This document shows, one piece after another, positions 19,737 to 29,579 of a stretch of 64,000 bases of DNA; the first letter of the stretch is position 1; the number at the start of each line of letters is the position of its first letter. This DNA is from an uncultured Alphaproteobacteria bacterium (GTDB taxonomy: Bacteria; Pseudomonadota; Alphaproteobacteria; RF32; CAG-239): positions 128,318 through 192,317 of the forward strand of contig CAKQPS010000003.1 in the NCBI GenBank assembly GCA_934270475.1, read 5' to 3'. A program made the position numbers and the translations under genes. The notes below the pieces were generated by a model. It was not told the DNA's origin. It saw only the letters and a list, made by a program, of their open reading frames with translations, and did no database searches.

Positions 19737-20098
19737 TTAAATATGCACAAATTATAAATGAACAAACCAAGCAATGCGAGGTCGGAATGGGCACAAATGC
19801 CGAGTTTTACCACTCTGTTGGTATGACAGAAATGGAAGTTGAGCAAGCCTATGACGGCGCTTGGTATGTTAAAGGCTATGCGCCGGAAAAGCCGGCGGAA
19901 ATTATGCAGCAGGAAATTCGTCTAGTGCGCAACGGATATTTGCAGGAAACCGACAAATATATGATTGTCGACTATCCGCTGACCGAGGAAGAAAGGCAAA
20001 AAGTCAAAGCCTATCGGGAATATCTGCGGGACTATACCTTAATCGAAAATTGGTGGCAAAACAAGCCGCAAGGCTTTGCCGATTGGAGCAAAGAATGA
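19733..20098 (+). CDS. phage hypothetical protein
   Basis: 121-aa ORF; ATGA stop/start overlap with the next gene. Confidence 0.35.
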   Translation: MIKYAQIINEQTKQCEVGMGTNAEFYHSVGMTEMEVEQAYDGAWYVKGYAPEKPAEIMQQEIRLVRNGYLQETDKYMIVDYPLTEEERQKVKAYREYLRDYTLIENWWQNKPQGFADWSKE

Positions 20099-20388
20099 TT
20101 GATGATTTAAAGACAATCGTACTGTTTGTGCTGATGGCGATTGCGTCAGCCTATATTCATTATAAAGGCTTTTTTCAAGCCACCATAGACGCTGTGCTGG
20201 CGTTTTGCATGGGATATATAATGTATTTGCTTTTAGATTATGCCGCACTTTCTGGAGCAACGAGAAGCGGCATTTCTTGTGTGGTAATTTTATTCAGCCG
20301 CGCTCTTTATGAGTGGGGCAACGAATTTATCAAAACTAAGTTATCGGCTTTGATAGCCGGAAAGGCAGAAAAAAATGACAGAGAATGA
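20050..20388 (+). CDS. putative holin (likely start ATG 20095)
   Basis: From MIDDLKTIVLFVLMAIASAYIHY: 2-3 predicted TM helices, charged C-terminus, immediately upstream of the endolysin. Confidence 0.4.
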   Translation: MVAKQAARLCRLEQRMIDDLKTIVLFVLMAIASAYIHYKGFFQATIDAVLAFCMGYIMYLLLDYAALSGATRSGISCVVILFSRALYEWGNEFIKTKLSALIAGKAEKNDRE

Positions 20389-20806
20389 TTTGCAGATTTT
20401 AGCGCGCACATTGTTCGGCGAAGCCCGCGGCGAAGGCGATGAGGGGCTGGAGGCGGTGGCGTGCGTGATTATAAATAGATTTAAAGCCAAAAAATGGTTT
20501 ACCGGCTATGAAATGCTTAACGGCAAAAAAGTTCCGAGCGTGGCGCAGACTTGTTTAAAAAAAGCGCAGTTCAGCTGCTGGAATAAAAATGACCCTAACT
20601 ATAAACTGCTGTGCCAAAAGACAATCACTGCTTACGGTTTTCAAAAATGTCTTCAGGTGGCGCAAAAAGCTCTGTCCGGTAATTTGCAGGATTTTACCAA
20701 CGGGGCGCTGTTTTATCATACAAAGCAGATAAAACCTAAATGGGCAATTGGTAAAACACCATGTTATATTGCCGGTAATCATTTGTTTTATAATGATATT
20801 AAGTAA
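20375..20806 (+). CDS. endolysin, cell-wall hydrolase SleB/Hydrolase_2 family
   Basis: LARTLFGEARGEGDEGLEAVACVIINR...AQFSCWN...ALFYH matches the SleB-type N-acetylmuramoyl-L-alanine amidase domain. Confidence 0.6.
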   Translation: MTENDLQILARTLFGEARGEGDEGLEAVACVIINRFKAKKWFTGYEMLNGKKVPSVAQTCLKKAQFSCWNKNDPNYKLLCQKTITAYGFQKCLQVAQKALSGNLQDFTNGALFYHTKQIKPKWAIGKTPCYIAGNHLFYNDIK

Positions 20807-20817
20807 GGATAATAATA

Positions 20818-21081
20818 ATGGTCAAAAAAAAATTACAAGCCTATTCTTTTGCCGAAAGTTTGGAAATGTTAAATCGTCTACAGCAAATGGCTGTTGATGA
20901 GGGAAATATCAATTTAGCTCTAAAGGCGGAAGAATTAAAATGTAAAATTGCCGCTATGCAAACCGATAAAGAAAGTTCGCAATCGGCGGAAAACTTAACA
21001 AAAATTTTGGTGGATTTTATAAATGACAAACAGAATGATAGCAAAAATACCGAAAATCTTTGCTCCGCTGATGAAACGTAA
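20818..21081 (+). CDS. phage hypothetical protein (position suggests a small terminase subunit)
   Basis: 87-aa helical protein directly upstream of, and overlapping, the large terminase. Confidence 0.25.
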   Translation: MVKKKLQAYSFAESLEMLNRLQQMAVDEGNINLALKAEELKCKIAAMQTDKESSQSAENLTKILVDFINDKQNDSKNTENLCSADET

Positions 21082-22348
21082 GTTCCGTTATAAGCTTTAT
21101 TATGGAGGGCGAGCCGGCGGAAAATCATATGCTTTTGCCGATAGTTTGCTTTTTTTGGGACGTATGAAAAAATTGCGGATAGCTTGTATGCGTGAAGTGC
21201 AAGACAGTATTAAAGATTCGGTGCATAAACTTTTGAGTGACCGCATTAACTTTTATGACTTAACTGATTATAAAATCAGCGAAACAAAGATTGTAAATCA
21301 GCTCAGCGGTACAACTTTTATATTTAAGGGTTTAAGAGAGCAAGATTCCGGCAACATAAAATCACTTGAGGGAATTGATATTGTCTGGCTGGAAGAAGCG
21401 CAAAAAATCAGCAAAAAAAGCTGGGAGATTTTGGACCCGACGATTCGTAAATCCGGTTCGGAAATTTGGATTTCTATGAACAGGGAAGAAGAAAACGACC
21501 CGGTTTGGCTGGCTGTCGGAGCAAATCCCGATGAGCGGACTTTGGTGGTTAAAGTAAACTATACCGATAATCCGTTTTGTCCGGAAGAAATGCGTTATTT
21601 GGCGCAAAAGTGCCAAAAAGAGAGTCCGGAAGATTATGAACATATTTGGCTTGGAGCGCCGGTTGCGGTGGGTAGTCATAAGCTGATTGCGCCTAAATTG
21701 GTGCGTCAGGCGTTTGAAACTAAGCTGGAAAATCCGTCTTCTCCGCTGATTATCGGGCTGGATGTGGCGCGTTTCGGCGATGATAAAAGCGTGTTTTGCT
21801 TTCGGCGCGGACGGGTGTGTTTGTTTTTTGAAAGCTATGCCCGTTTGGATAATGTGGAAGTGGCAAATCGAGCCACTTTTTTTATCCGCCAATATAAACC
21901 GGCGCGGGTGTTTGTTGATGCCGGCGGCGTGGGCGGCGGTGTGGTGGATATTTTGAACGACCGCGGTTTTAAGCGAGTTGTGCGGGCAGTAATGTTTGGA
22001 GCAAAGGCGCTGGCTGACGACCGCTATCACAACCGCCGCGCTGAGATGTGGGATGAGCTGCGGATATGGCTGAGCGGCGAGCAAAAAGTGGAACTGCCGA
22101 ATGATGAAAATTTGGCAAATGAGCTTTGCGCCGTTAACAAAAAATATGACAGCCGCGGACGTTTGCAGTTGGAAGAAAAAGAAGAAATTAAAAAGCGGTT
22201 GGGCAAGTCGCCGGATATGGCGGATGCTTTGGCGCTGACTTTTGCCGAGCCGGTTTTTGAGAGGTCAGACGAAGAGTGCGGACGTCTGCCGGGCGACAGC
22301 ATAGAAAGTATGTTTCGCGCCAATAAATCCACCGATGATAAATGGTAA
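21023..22348 (+). CDS. phage terminase large subunit
   Basis: Walker A YYGGRAGGKSYAF, Walker B-like DIVWLEEAQ, C-terminal nuclease-like acidic motifs (VFVDAGGVGGGVVD); 441 aa. Confidence 0.8.
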   Translation: MTNRMIAKIPKIFAPLMKRKFRYKLYYGGRAGGKSYAFADSLLFLGRMKKLRIACMREVQDSIKDSVHKLLSDRINFYDLTDYKISETKIVNQLSGTTFIFKGLREQDSGNIKSLEGIDIVWLEEAQKISKKSWEILDPTIRKSGSEIWISMNREEENDPVWLAVGANPDERTLVVKVNYTDNPFCPEEMRYLAQKCQKESPEDYEHIWLGAPVAVGSHKLIAPKLVRQAFETKLENPSSPLIIGLDVARFGDDKSVFCFRRGRVCLFFESYARLDNVEVANRATFFIRQYKPARVFVDAGGVGGGVVDILNDRGFKRVVRAVMFGAKALADDRYHNRRAEMWDELRIWLSGEQKVELPNDENLANELCAVNKKYDSRGRLQLEEKEEIKKRLGKSPDMADALALTFAEPVFERSDEECGRLPGDSIESMFRANKSTDDKW

Positions 22349-22560
22349 TTTTTTTAAGAGAAAGGATAAAATAAAATGAGTTACAAATCTAGAATAATGC
22401 GTGAAAACGAGGCTTACGGCTGGCTGCCGGAAGATGAGGCTTATGGCAGAGTTTCTAATGTTCCGACACAGCCGGAACCGGAAGACGAAAACATCTACAG
22501 CGACAACGAACTTGCTCCGGAAAGAAGCGAGGAAGAAATATAATTTGAAAGGATATAAAA

Positions 22561-22689
22561 ATGAGTATGTATAAAATAAATGAAAAAACTGGAATAGATG
22601 AATTTGGAATAGATCACTCTAATTTTTCTTTAAGAGATGAACTAGAATATAATATGATGAGAGCCAAACAATCTATGCCAAAACAATAA
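22561..22689 (+). CDS. small phage ORF (43 aa) paralogous to the N-terminus of the 29580 ORF
   Basis: MSMYKINEKTGIDEFGIDHSNFSLRDELEYNMMRAKQ versus MSLYDIDEKTQIDEYGVCHKDFSLRDELEYNAMRQN; below the length cut-off of the ORF track. Confidence 0.3.
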   Translation: MSMYKINEKTGIDEFGIDHSNFSLRDELEYNMMRAKQSMPKQ

Positions 22690-22725
22690 AGTGTTGTTAG
22701 ACAAGCAGTTGGGGCAATAAAAGAT

Positions 22726-23046
22726 ATGAATCGTAATTATTGGGATATGAAAAGAGATAATACCATTGGAAATGATGATTATTTTCATTGCAAAGCTAAT
22801 TATGAAGCTGCAGATAGAGGTGATTTAGGCAGATCAATAGCCCAGTGGTTAGGGGATAAAAAAGAAGATTTTGATTATTATAAAAATCAGCTTAGAGGAT
22901 TATCCGCTTTAGAAGCATCTTTAGATAGAATTCACGATAGAAATGTAAATAAAATAGGTAGACAACGAGCTCAAAGCGGTTTATATTCAAACTCACGAGA
23001 TGCCTGTGAATCTTTTAGAGTTAAAGGTATAAACGACGACTATTAA
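22726..23046 (+). CDS. serum amyloid A (SAA)-domain protein
   Basis: YWDMKRDNTIGNDDYFHCKANYEAADRGDLG aligns to SAA [31 protein letters not shown]; C-terminal ...FRVKGINDDY* parallels SAA ...FRPAGLPEKY*. Confidence 0.6.
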   Translation: MNRNYWDMKRDNTIGNDDYFHCKANYEAADRGDLGRSIAQWLGDKKEDFDYYKNQLRGLSALEASLDRIHDRNVNKIGRQRAQSGLYSNSRDACESFRVKGINDDY

Positions 23047-23064
23047 AATTAAGGAATAAAACAT

Positions 23065-23289
23065 ATGAAACTGGTATTTTATTTTGCAGCAGTATTTATC
23101 ATTTTGGCGGTTATTGGTTTTGCCGGATATTTGTTTTTTGATAAACAAGCCTATTGCTTGGATATTGGAAAAATCTATGATCCGGTGCAAAAAATCTGCC
23201 GTGATGACTGTTTGAGTTGGAACGACCAAACCGGCTGCGTGCCGATAACAGATGAAAACCGGCAGAAAAAAGCCGCCGGAAAACTATAA
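23065..23289 (+). CDS. small membrane-anchored or secreted Cys-containing protein
   Basis: N-terminal hydrophobic helix MKLVFYFAAVFIILAVIGFAGYLFF, 4 Cys in the soluble part. Confidence 0.35.
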   Translation: MKLVFYFAAVFIILAVIGFAGYLFFDKQAYCLDIGKIYDPVQKICRDDCLSWNDQTGCVPITDENRQKKAAGKL

Positions 23290-23373
23290 AAAAATAATTA
23301 TTGGCTTTATTGAGCAAAACGCTTTGTTGATATAAAAACAAGGCGTTTTTTTATACCCGAAATTTGGAGAAAT

Positions 23374-23604
23374 ATGATGACTTTCATCAGCAGACAATTC
23401 GCGGAAGAGGTGCTTCTTCCGGACGGATCTGTCGCGTCTTCGGTCGCGGACGTTGACAAGTATTTACACGCCACGGGTTTAGCCTTGGCGGGCGACTATT
23501 CACCCGAATATTATCAAAATATTCGCAATCAACAAGAAAGAGAACGGCAGCAGTCTTTGTTTGCCGATTTTCTTTATAACTACAAAAGGATGATATGGAA
23601 ATGA
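23374..23604 (+). CDS. phage hypothetical protein
   Basis: 76-aa ORF overlapping the start of the next gene. Confidence 0.25.
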   Translation: MMTFISRQFAEEVLLPDGSVASSVADVDKYLHATGLALAGDYSPEYYQNIRNQQERERQQSLFADFLYNYKRMIWK

Positions 23605-24473
23605 ATGATTTAAGAAAGGAAATTGAACGACAATTCAAAGCGTTCGGTTTATCTGAACCAGACGAAAAAGCCACAGGAGAGGATAGTTCTGCTGTCTCAA
23701 ATAATGAAGAAGATAGCGGGTTTATTGCAGCTCCTGCTGACTTTGAACCGGAATATGCGGCAGCGTTTAGCGAACTTTCGCCGAAATGGCAAAAGTATTT
23801 AAGCAAGCGTGAAGAAAAATTGAAAGCCGAACGTCAGGAGCTGTCTGCCAAAATAGGACTTTTAGACAGTCTGAAAAATTTGGACGGCGAATTTCAAAAA
23901 CGTAAAACCGAAAACAACATACACAGCTTGCGCGAATGGCTTGAAGGTTTGGCATATATTGACGAACAAATGCACAGCCGCCCTGTGGAAACCTTAAACG
24001 CCATCGCTCAGGTGTTTAAGGTCAAGGCGCAGTTTTCGGAAACTCCGCAAACCGAAATTTCTGATCGAATTTTAAAAAGGCTTAGCGATCTCGATTTGAG
24101 TTTTCACAGCCTGAGAGACTATTTGCAGCAAAGCGAGCAAAGAAGTTTTTACAGTCAAATACAAGCGTTCGGTTCACAAAAAGATGAATCCGGACATTTA
24201 CTGCACCCGTATTTTGACGCTGTTTTTAAACAAATGCAGGCTTTGTTGCAAAACGGACTGGCATCAAGCATTGAAGACGCCTACAAGCAGGCGGTTTGGC
24301 TCAATGCCGATGTCCGTAAAGAGTTGATTGCCAAGCAAATCGACTCTGACGCCGCTGAAGCGCAAAAAGCGCAGAAAGCGGCATTTTCCCCAAAGGGAAA
24401 AGCAAAAGCACCGGAAAGACCTCTGACCTTGCGGGAAGAGATTGAAAAAAATATGGCTGCTTTTTTGGATTAA
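23595..24473 (+). CDS. putative scaffolding protein
   Basis: Acidic, helix-rich 292-aa protein immediately upstream of the capsid-like gene; basic Lys-rich C-terminal tail. Confidence 0.35.
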   Translation: MEMNDLRKEIERQFKAFGLSEPDEKATGEDSSAVSNNEEDSGFIAAPADFEPEYAAAFSELSPKWQKYLSKREEKLKAERQELSAKIGLLDSLKNLDGEFQKRKTENNIHSLREWLEGLAYIDEQMHSRPVETLNAIAQVFKVKAQFSETPQTEISDRILKRLSDLDLSFHSLRDYLQQSEQRSFYSQIQAFGSQKDESGHLLHPYFDAVFKQMQALLQNGLASSIEDAYKQAVWLNADVRKELIAKQIDSDAAEAQKAQKAAFSPKGKAKAPERPLTLREEIEKNMAAFLD

Positions 24474-24497
24474 CTTAAAATTTTAAAAGGATAGAAA

Positions 24498-25463
24498 ATG
24501 ACAAATAAAAATTACAATGAAGTGTTTACCGTAACTTTGAACAATCGTTCAAAAGAAATGGCTGATAATATTTCTAAAAACAACGCGCTTTTAACCCGTC
24601 TGAAAGACAAAGGCAAAATGCGTCCGCTGACCGGTGGTGCCAAAATTTTGGAAGAACTGGAATACGGCGAGGGCGATATGGTGTGGTATTCCGGCTATGA
24701 TACCATTAACTATACTCCAAAGCAATTGTTTACAGCAGCGGAATATGCACTTAAATTGTGCGCTGTGCCGGTGGCTATTTCTGGTGAAGAATTGCTGATG
24801 AACAGCGGACCGGAACAAGTTATGGATTTGTTTGAAAAGCGTATTTCTAACGCCGAAAAAACTTTGAAAAATCAAATGTCTGCCGCTTTGTTCAGCGACG
24901 GCACCGGTTCAGCAGGCAAAGAAATCGGCGGCTTGGCTTTGCTGGTCGCAGACGATCCGACTTCCGGCACGGTCGGCGGTATTGACCGTTCGGCGGCTGG
25001 AAATGAATTTTGGCGCAACCAAAGCGTAAGCGCTGATATTGATTCTTCCAATATCCGTCAGATGATGAACAGCTTATATCACAAATGCTGCCGCAACGCC
25101 GATAAACCGGATTTAATTGTTTGCGATGATGCTTTGTATACGTTGTTTGATGAATCTTTGTCGGCTTTGCAGCGTTTTTCTGACCCTAAAATGGCGGATG
25201 CTGGTTTCACCAGTCTTAAATTTAAGGGTGCAGATGTGATTTTTGACGGCGGTCAAGGCGGCTATTGTCCGGAAAAACACATGTACTTTTTGAACACAAA
25301 CTACATTTATCTGCGCACTCATAAAGACCGCAATATGAAAATTATCGGCGGCGACAGATTGGCGATAAATCAGGATGCGTTATACCGTATCATTGGCTGG
25401 GCAGGCAATATGACTATGTCAAATGCGGCTGTTCAAGGCGTGTTGATTAACACTAAAGAATAA
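24498..25463 (+). CDS. putative major capsid protein
   Basis: 321 aa; position after the scaffold-like gene; segments resemble T7-like capsid patterns (DKPDLIVCDDALYTLF); strong RBS AAAGGATAG; tentative. Confidence 0.4.
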   Translation: MTNKNYNEVFTVTLNNRSKEMADNISKNNALLTRLKDKGKMRPLTGGAKILEELEYGEGDMVWYSGYDTINYTPKQLFTAAEYALKLCAVPVAISGEELLMNSGPEQVMDLFEKRISNAEKTLKNQMSAALFSDGTGSAGKEIGGLALLVADDPTSGTVGGIDRSAAGNEFWRNQSVSADIDSSNIRQMMNSLYHKCCRNADKPDLIVCDDALYTLFDESLSALQRFSDPKMADAGFTSLKFKGADVIFDGGQGGYCPEKHMYFLNTNYIYLRTHKDRNMKIIGGDRLAINQDALYRIIGWAGNMTMSNAAVQGVLINTKE

Positions 25464-25547
25464 TTGGTAAAAATTGAAAGGGAGTGAACTAAAATCACTC
25501 CTTTTCAATATGTTATAAAATCAAGATAAAGTAAAGGAATAAAAACT

Positions 25548-26132
25548 ATGGATATGGATTTTGCCTTGTTTCAACAAGTAATCGGCACAAAAGAAACAGA
25601 AAAAAACGTGGCGGCAAGATTTTATGATAAAGCGGTTAAAACTAACGAGGTTGCAGACAACGGTCTGCCGGTTTTTAAAAATGTTACTTATATAGAAATC
25701 CGTCTGAAAGATAACAATACCGAAGTGTTTGACCAGCCGGCGACCGCAGATAAAATCCGGCGCTTTCCGCAGGAATATGCCTTGTATAAGCTTTCTAAAA
25801 AGCAAACGGAAAACGGCACGCCGCTGGAGCAATTTGCATTTTTGACCGCGGCAGAAATTGCTACCTGCAAAAGCCGCGGCGTGTTTACGGTGGAAACTTT
25901 AGCGGGTTTGGATTTTGATAAGGTGCAAAGCCTTGGTTTGCAGGACGAACATGTTTTAGCGCAGATGTTTTTAGAAAAATCAGAAAATAACAAGATGTTA
26001 GATGATTTTGCCAAAAAGGAGCTTGAATATGAAAGAGAAATTGAAACTTTGCGCGAACAGCTGGCGGCTGTGCAAAGAGCTCTTAGTGAAGAGCGTAAAA
26101 AACATTCCGGCGCCAAAGCGGGAGAAAAATAA
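25548..26132 (+). CDS. phage hypothetical protein
   Basis: 194 aa with a C-terminal coiled coil; RBS AAAGGAATAA. Confidence 0.35.
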   Translation: MDMDFALFQQVIGTKETEKNVAARFYDKAVKTNEVADNGLPVFKNVTYIEIRLKDNNTEVFDQPATADKIRRFPQEYALYKLSKKQTENGTPLEQFAFLTAAEIATCKSRGVFTVETLAGLDFDKVQSLGLQDEHVLAQMFLEKSENNKMLDDFAKKELEYEREIETLREQLAAVQRALSEERKKHSGAKAGEK

Positions 26133-26854
26133 TGAAGACAATTTTAGAAATATGCCGCGAGGTTGCGGATTTAGCGGCGACAAAACGCCCAAATAATTTG
26201 TTTGACGCCAACAGCCAGCAGGAAAGTATTTTTTTAAGCGTGGCAAAATCGGCTCTCGACAGCCTGCTGCGCTACGGCGATTGGCAGGAACTGACCAAAG
26301 AAGGCTGTTTGCGCACGGTTGAAGGGCGCACTCAATACCCAATTTCCGAATTTTTGCCGGATTTTTTCTGCCTTTTGAATAACACGATTTTTATTAAAGA
26401 CAGTAAAGAGCGCATAATCGGCGCCATTACGCCGGAGCAGTGGATGAGGGAAAAATATTTTTCCAGTCCAAGCAATGAATTGAAATTCAAAATTCAAAAC
26501 GGGCGCTTTGTTTTTTTAACTCCGCCGGCAGGCGGTTTGCGGATTGTGTTTCAATATCGTTCCAACGGCGTGGTTTGGGATTTTGACACTTTTGAAGAAA
26601 AAAGCTCGCTCACCGCCAACACTGATGTTCCGGTTTTTGACGAATATTTGGTTAAGCTGAATATTTTGTGGCGATGGCTTAAACGCAGCGGGCTGGATTA
26701 TGGCGAAGAATATGATGAATTTCAGCGTGAATTAAAAAAGCGCTTTGGTTCCGAGCACGCCGCCGCCAACATAAATTTGGCAAAGTCGGATAATGGTTTG
26801 AGCGAAACAGGAGTAATAATCAATGAAATTAAAATCAGCAGCGCGGGGCACTAA
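26132..26854 (+). CDS. phage hypothetical protein
   Basis: 240-aa ORF, ATGA overlap with the upstream gene. Confidence 0.35.
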   Translation: MKTILEICREVADLAATKRPNNLFDANSQQESIFLSVAKSALDSLLRYGDWQELTKEGCLRTVEGRTQYPISEFLPDFFCLLNNTIFIKDSKERIIGAITPEQWMREKYFSSPSNELKFKIQNGRFVFLTPPAGGLRIVFQYRSNGVVWDFDTFEEKSSLTANTDVPVFDEYLVKLNILWRWLKRSGLDYGEEYDEFQRELKKRFGSEHAAANINLAKSDNGLSETGVIINEIKISSAGH

Positions 26855-28382
26855 GTCGGTAAGTTACACTTTGCCCGCGCCGATAAAGGGATTGAATGTG
26901 CGTGACAGTTTGGCGGATATGGACGCTGGTTACGCTGTTGTTATGGACAACTATATGCCGCTGGATACTAAAGTTGCTTTGCGCAAAGGCTATGTTGAAT
27001 ATGCGCAGCTGCCGGAAAAAGTGTGCACTTTAGCTGAATATAAAACCGGCAGCGGCAGCTATTTTATGGCGCTGTCCGGCGGAGCAGCCTATAATATCAG
27101 CTCGCGCAAAAATATTTACGCTTATGAAAATGTAAAATTTACCAACAGCTATTGCCGTACCCAGCAATATAAAAATTATTTGTATTTTGTAAACGGCAGC
27201 GACATTCCCAAAGTCTATTACCGCGATGACGACGGAATAGAACATTTTGAGGACTGGGGCTTCAGCGCCGAAAATTTGAATGCCACGCGCATTTCCGGCA
27301 TCGGGCTTTCCAAGCAGCGCTTATGGTTTATTGAAGGTGGCACTCTCAAAGTTTGGTATCCTGAAACCGCCGGCAATATCGCCGGTAAGCTGAATTGCTT
27401 TGATTTGGCGCAGGTGGCGCGGTTCGGCGGCGAGCTGATGGCGGTTGCCAACTGGACGCAGGACGGCGGTCAGGGTATTGATGATTTGACGGTGTTTATC
27501 ACTTCGGAAGGCGAAGCTTTAGTTTACGTTGGGTCAGACATTAACAATGCCGACAGCTGGCAGCTGAAGGGTTCCTACAAAATCAGCCGTCCGATTGGCT
27601 ATAATTGCTTGGTGCCGTATCAGGGCGATGTGGTTATAATTTCCGAAGACGGCTATATTCCGCTGTCCAAGGCTTTGCCGTTGGAACAAGCCAATGCGTC
27701 GCAAATAGCTTTCAGCGATGCCGTCCGCGGTTTGGTGCTGTCGCGGACTGCGCGTAATTTGAAACGTTACGGCTGGCAGGGAATAATTTACAGCCGCGGC
27801 GGTTACGGGCTGTTTAACGTACCGGTTTCCAATCAGTATGAACAGCATGTGATTAACGTAAACACCGGCGCTTGGTGCCGTTTTACTGGTATCCGCGCGC
27901 ATTGTTGGGGCTTGTATAATCAACGGCTTTATTTTGGCTCGGATCAAGGTGTTTATTTGTTTGATGAAAGCTATGCTGATAACGGAATGGAAATCAGCGG
28001 CTGCGTCGAGCAGGCATATAATGATTTGGGCAGCAACTGCGTTAAAAAAATTCAGCTGCTGAACCCGCGTACCAAATCCAGCTCCGGCTATACACTGGTA
28101 ATTTATACCAATATGGATATGGAAAGCCGTAAAATTGACTATCAGGAAAACTTATCGTCTTCAAACCTGCATAAGTGGAATGAAACCAAATGGTCAAGCT
28201 CGGCAGAACCGCTTGGCATAAAATGGGGCGCTGCCGACAGCACGTCTATCCGCAGCCAATGGATAGCTAATTCCGCCACAGGCTACAAAGCCAGCGTGGT
28301 GTTTAAAACCAAGACCAAAGGCAATTTGATAGAGTGGTTTGAAACCGGAATCCGCTATGAAGTCGGGAGCGGAGTGCTATGA
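26823..28382 (+). CDS. phage structural protein (519 aa; portal or tail component possible)
   Basis: Large beta-rich ORF in the late module; function not assignable by eye. Confidence 0.35.
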   Translation: MKLKSAARGTKSVSYTLPAPIKGLNVRDSLADMDAGYAVVMDNYMPLDTKVALRKGYVEYAQLPEKVCTLAEYKTGSGSYFMALSGGAAYNISSRKNIYAYENVKFTNSYCRTQQYKNYLYFVNGSDIPKVYYRDDDGIEHFEDWGFSAENLNATRISGIGLSKQRLWFIEGGTLKVWYPETAGNIAGKLNCFDLAQVARFGGELMAVANWTQDGGQGIDDLTVFITSEGEALVYVGSDINNADSWQLKGSYKISRPIGYNCLVPYQGDVVIISEDGYIPLSKALPLEQANASQIAFSDAVRGLVLSRTARNLKRYGWQGIIYSRGGYGLFNVPVSNQYEQHVINVNTGAWCRFTGIRAHCWGLYNQRLYFGSDQGVYLFDESYADNGMEISGCVEQAYNDLGSNCVKKIQLLNPRTKSSSGYTLVIYTNMDMESRKIDYQENLSSSNLHKWNETKWSSSAEPLGIKWGAADSTSIRSQWIANSATGYKASVVFKTKTKGNLIEWFETGIRYEVGSGVL

Positions 28383-28804
28383 GCGATGAATATGAAATTC
28401 TGCCAGATGAAAACAATATCATAGCCAAGTGGGTCTGTGATGGTTTGGGTGAAAATGCAGATTGGCTCGACACGCATACGACTTATGGCTTTGCCCAAGG
28501 CGGAAAAATGCTCGGCGGGCTGATTTTTCACAGTTACCGCCCCAATATAGAGGTTTGGTGGACAGTTTACACCGTTGACAAGCGTTGGTGTAACCGCCGT
28601 ATGCTTAGAGCTATGTTTGATTTGGCGTTTAACAAGCTAAAATGCCGGCGTATTTCGCTGCTGGTGAGCAAAAGCAACGCCGCCAGCTTAAATTTTGTAA
28701 AAAAACTCGGTTTTCAGCAAGAAGGAATGTTCAGGGCATATCGTGAAAACGGCGATGACTGCTGCATTTTCGGCATGCTGAAAAACGAATGTAAATGGAT
28801 ATAA
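28379..28804 (+). CDS. GNAT family N-acetyltransferase
   Basis: RRMLRAMFDLAFNKLKCRRISLLVSKSNAASLNFVKKLGFQQEG matches GNAT motifs A/B (acetyl-CoA binding). Confidence 0.55.
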   Translation: MSDEYEILPDENNIIAKWVCDGLGENADWLDTHTTYGFAQGGKMLGGLIFHSYRPNIEVWWTVYTVDKRWCNRRMLRAMFDLAFNKLKCRRISLLVSKSNAASLNFVKKLGFQQEGMFRAYRENGDDCCIFGMLKNECKWI

Positions 28805-28820
28805 AGAAAGGAAAAAAGAA

Positions 28821-29543
28821 ATGAGTAAATCTATAGGAAAAGTTTTTGCTAACTCTTCAACTAATAAATATGGTTATGAAAATAACTATTTGAATTATCT
28901 TGGTAATTATGATACTTCAAATTATGACAATACCTTAAAAAATATGACAGGGCAGGCGCTTAGCATGAGTCAAAATTTGGGCAGTATGCCGGAATATCAG
29001 TTTTCGGTTAACGGTTCGGACGAGGCTCGTCAGCGTGCGGAAAACGCTGTGTATCAATCGGCGGTGGATAAAATTACGCCGCAATATCAGCAGCTGCGGA
29101 CCGATTTGGAAACAAGTTTGGCAAACAAAGGAATCAGCGTTGGCAGCGAGGCTTATCAGCGGGCGATGAACGACCTGCAGCAAAAGCAAAATGAGGCGCT
29201 CAATCAAGCGGCATATCAAAGCATTGCAGCGGGACAGGGTGCATATAGCCAAAGTTTGAGCGACAATATCAACAGCGCAAATTTCAACAATAATTCGCAG
29301 CTGAATTATATTCAGCAAATTAAGGCGCTGCTGGAAGGTTCGGTTTCTGGCTATCAGAATCAGGCAAATTTGTACGGCATCAATAAAGATGTAGAAAACC
29401 GTTTGACCTCGGCGCGCCAAAGCGGCTGGGATAATATGTTCAAAACCGCGCAGACAATAGGACAGGTTGCCGGAGCTTTTTCCGGCGGCGGTACAAGTTT
29501 AGCCGCCAAACAGGCAGCTGAAAAAGCCCAAGAACAAAAATAA
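28821..29543 (+). CDS. Q/N/S-rich low-complexity phage protein
   Basis: 240 aa; N-terminal N/Y-rich stretch NKYGYENNYLNYLGNYDTSNYDN, then Gln/Asn/Ala-rich helical region. Confidence 0.4.
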   Translation: MSKSIGKVFANSSTNKYGYENNYLNYLGNYDTSNYDNTLKNMTGQALSMSQNLGSMPEYQFSVNGSDEARQRAENAVYQSAVDKITPQYQQLRTDLETSLANKGISVGSEAYQRAMNDLQQKQNEALNQAAYQSIAAGQGAYSQSLSDNINSANFNNNSQLNYIQQIKALLEGSVSGYQNQANLYGINKDVENRLTSARQSGWDNMFKTAQTIGQVAGAFSGGGTSLAAKQAAEKAQEQK

Positions 29544-29579
29544 AATGTAATGTAACTTAAAAAATCTAGGAGAATTAAA

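Noticed and set aside
21362-22084. 240-aa minus-strand ORF inside the terminase gene
   Set aside because: Fully overlaps the strongly supported large terminase on the opposite strand; no RBS or recognisable domains.
22377-22544. 55-aa acidic ORF after the terminase
   Set aside because: Short, low complexity (E/D-rich), no RBS evidence; too weak to call a gene.
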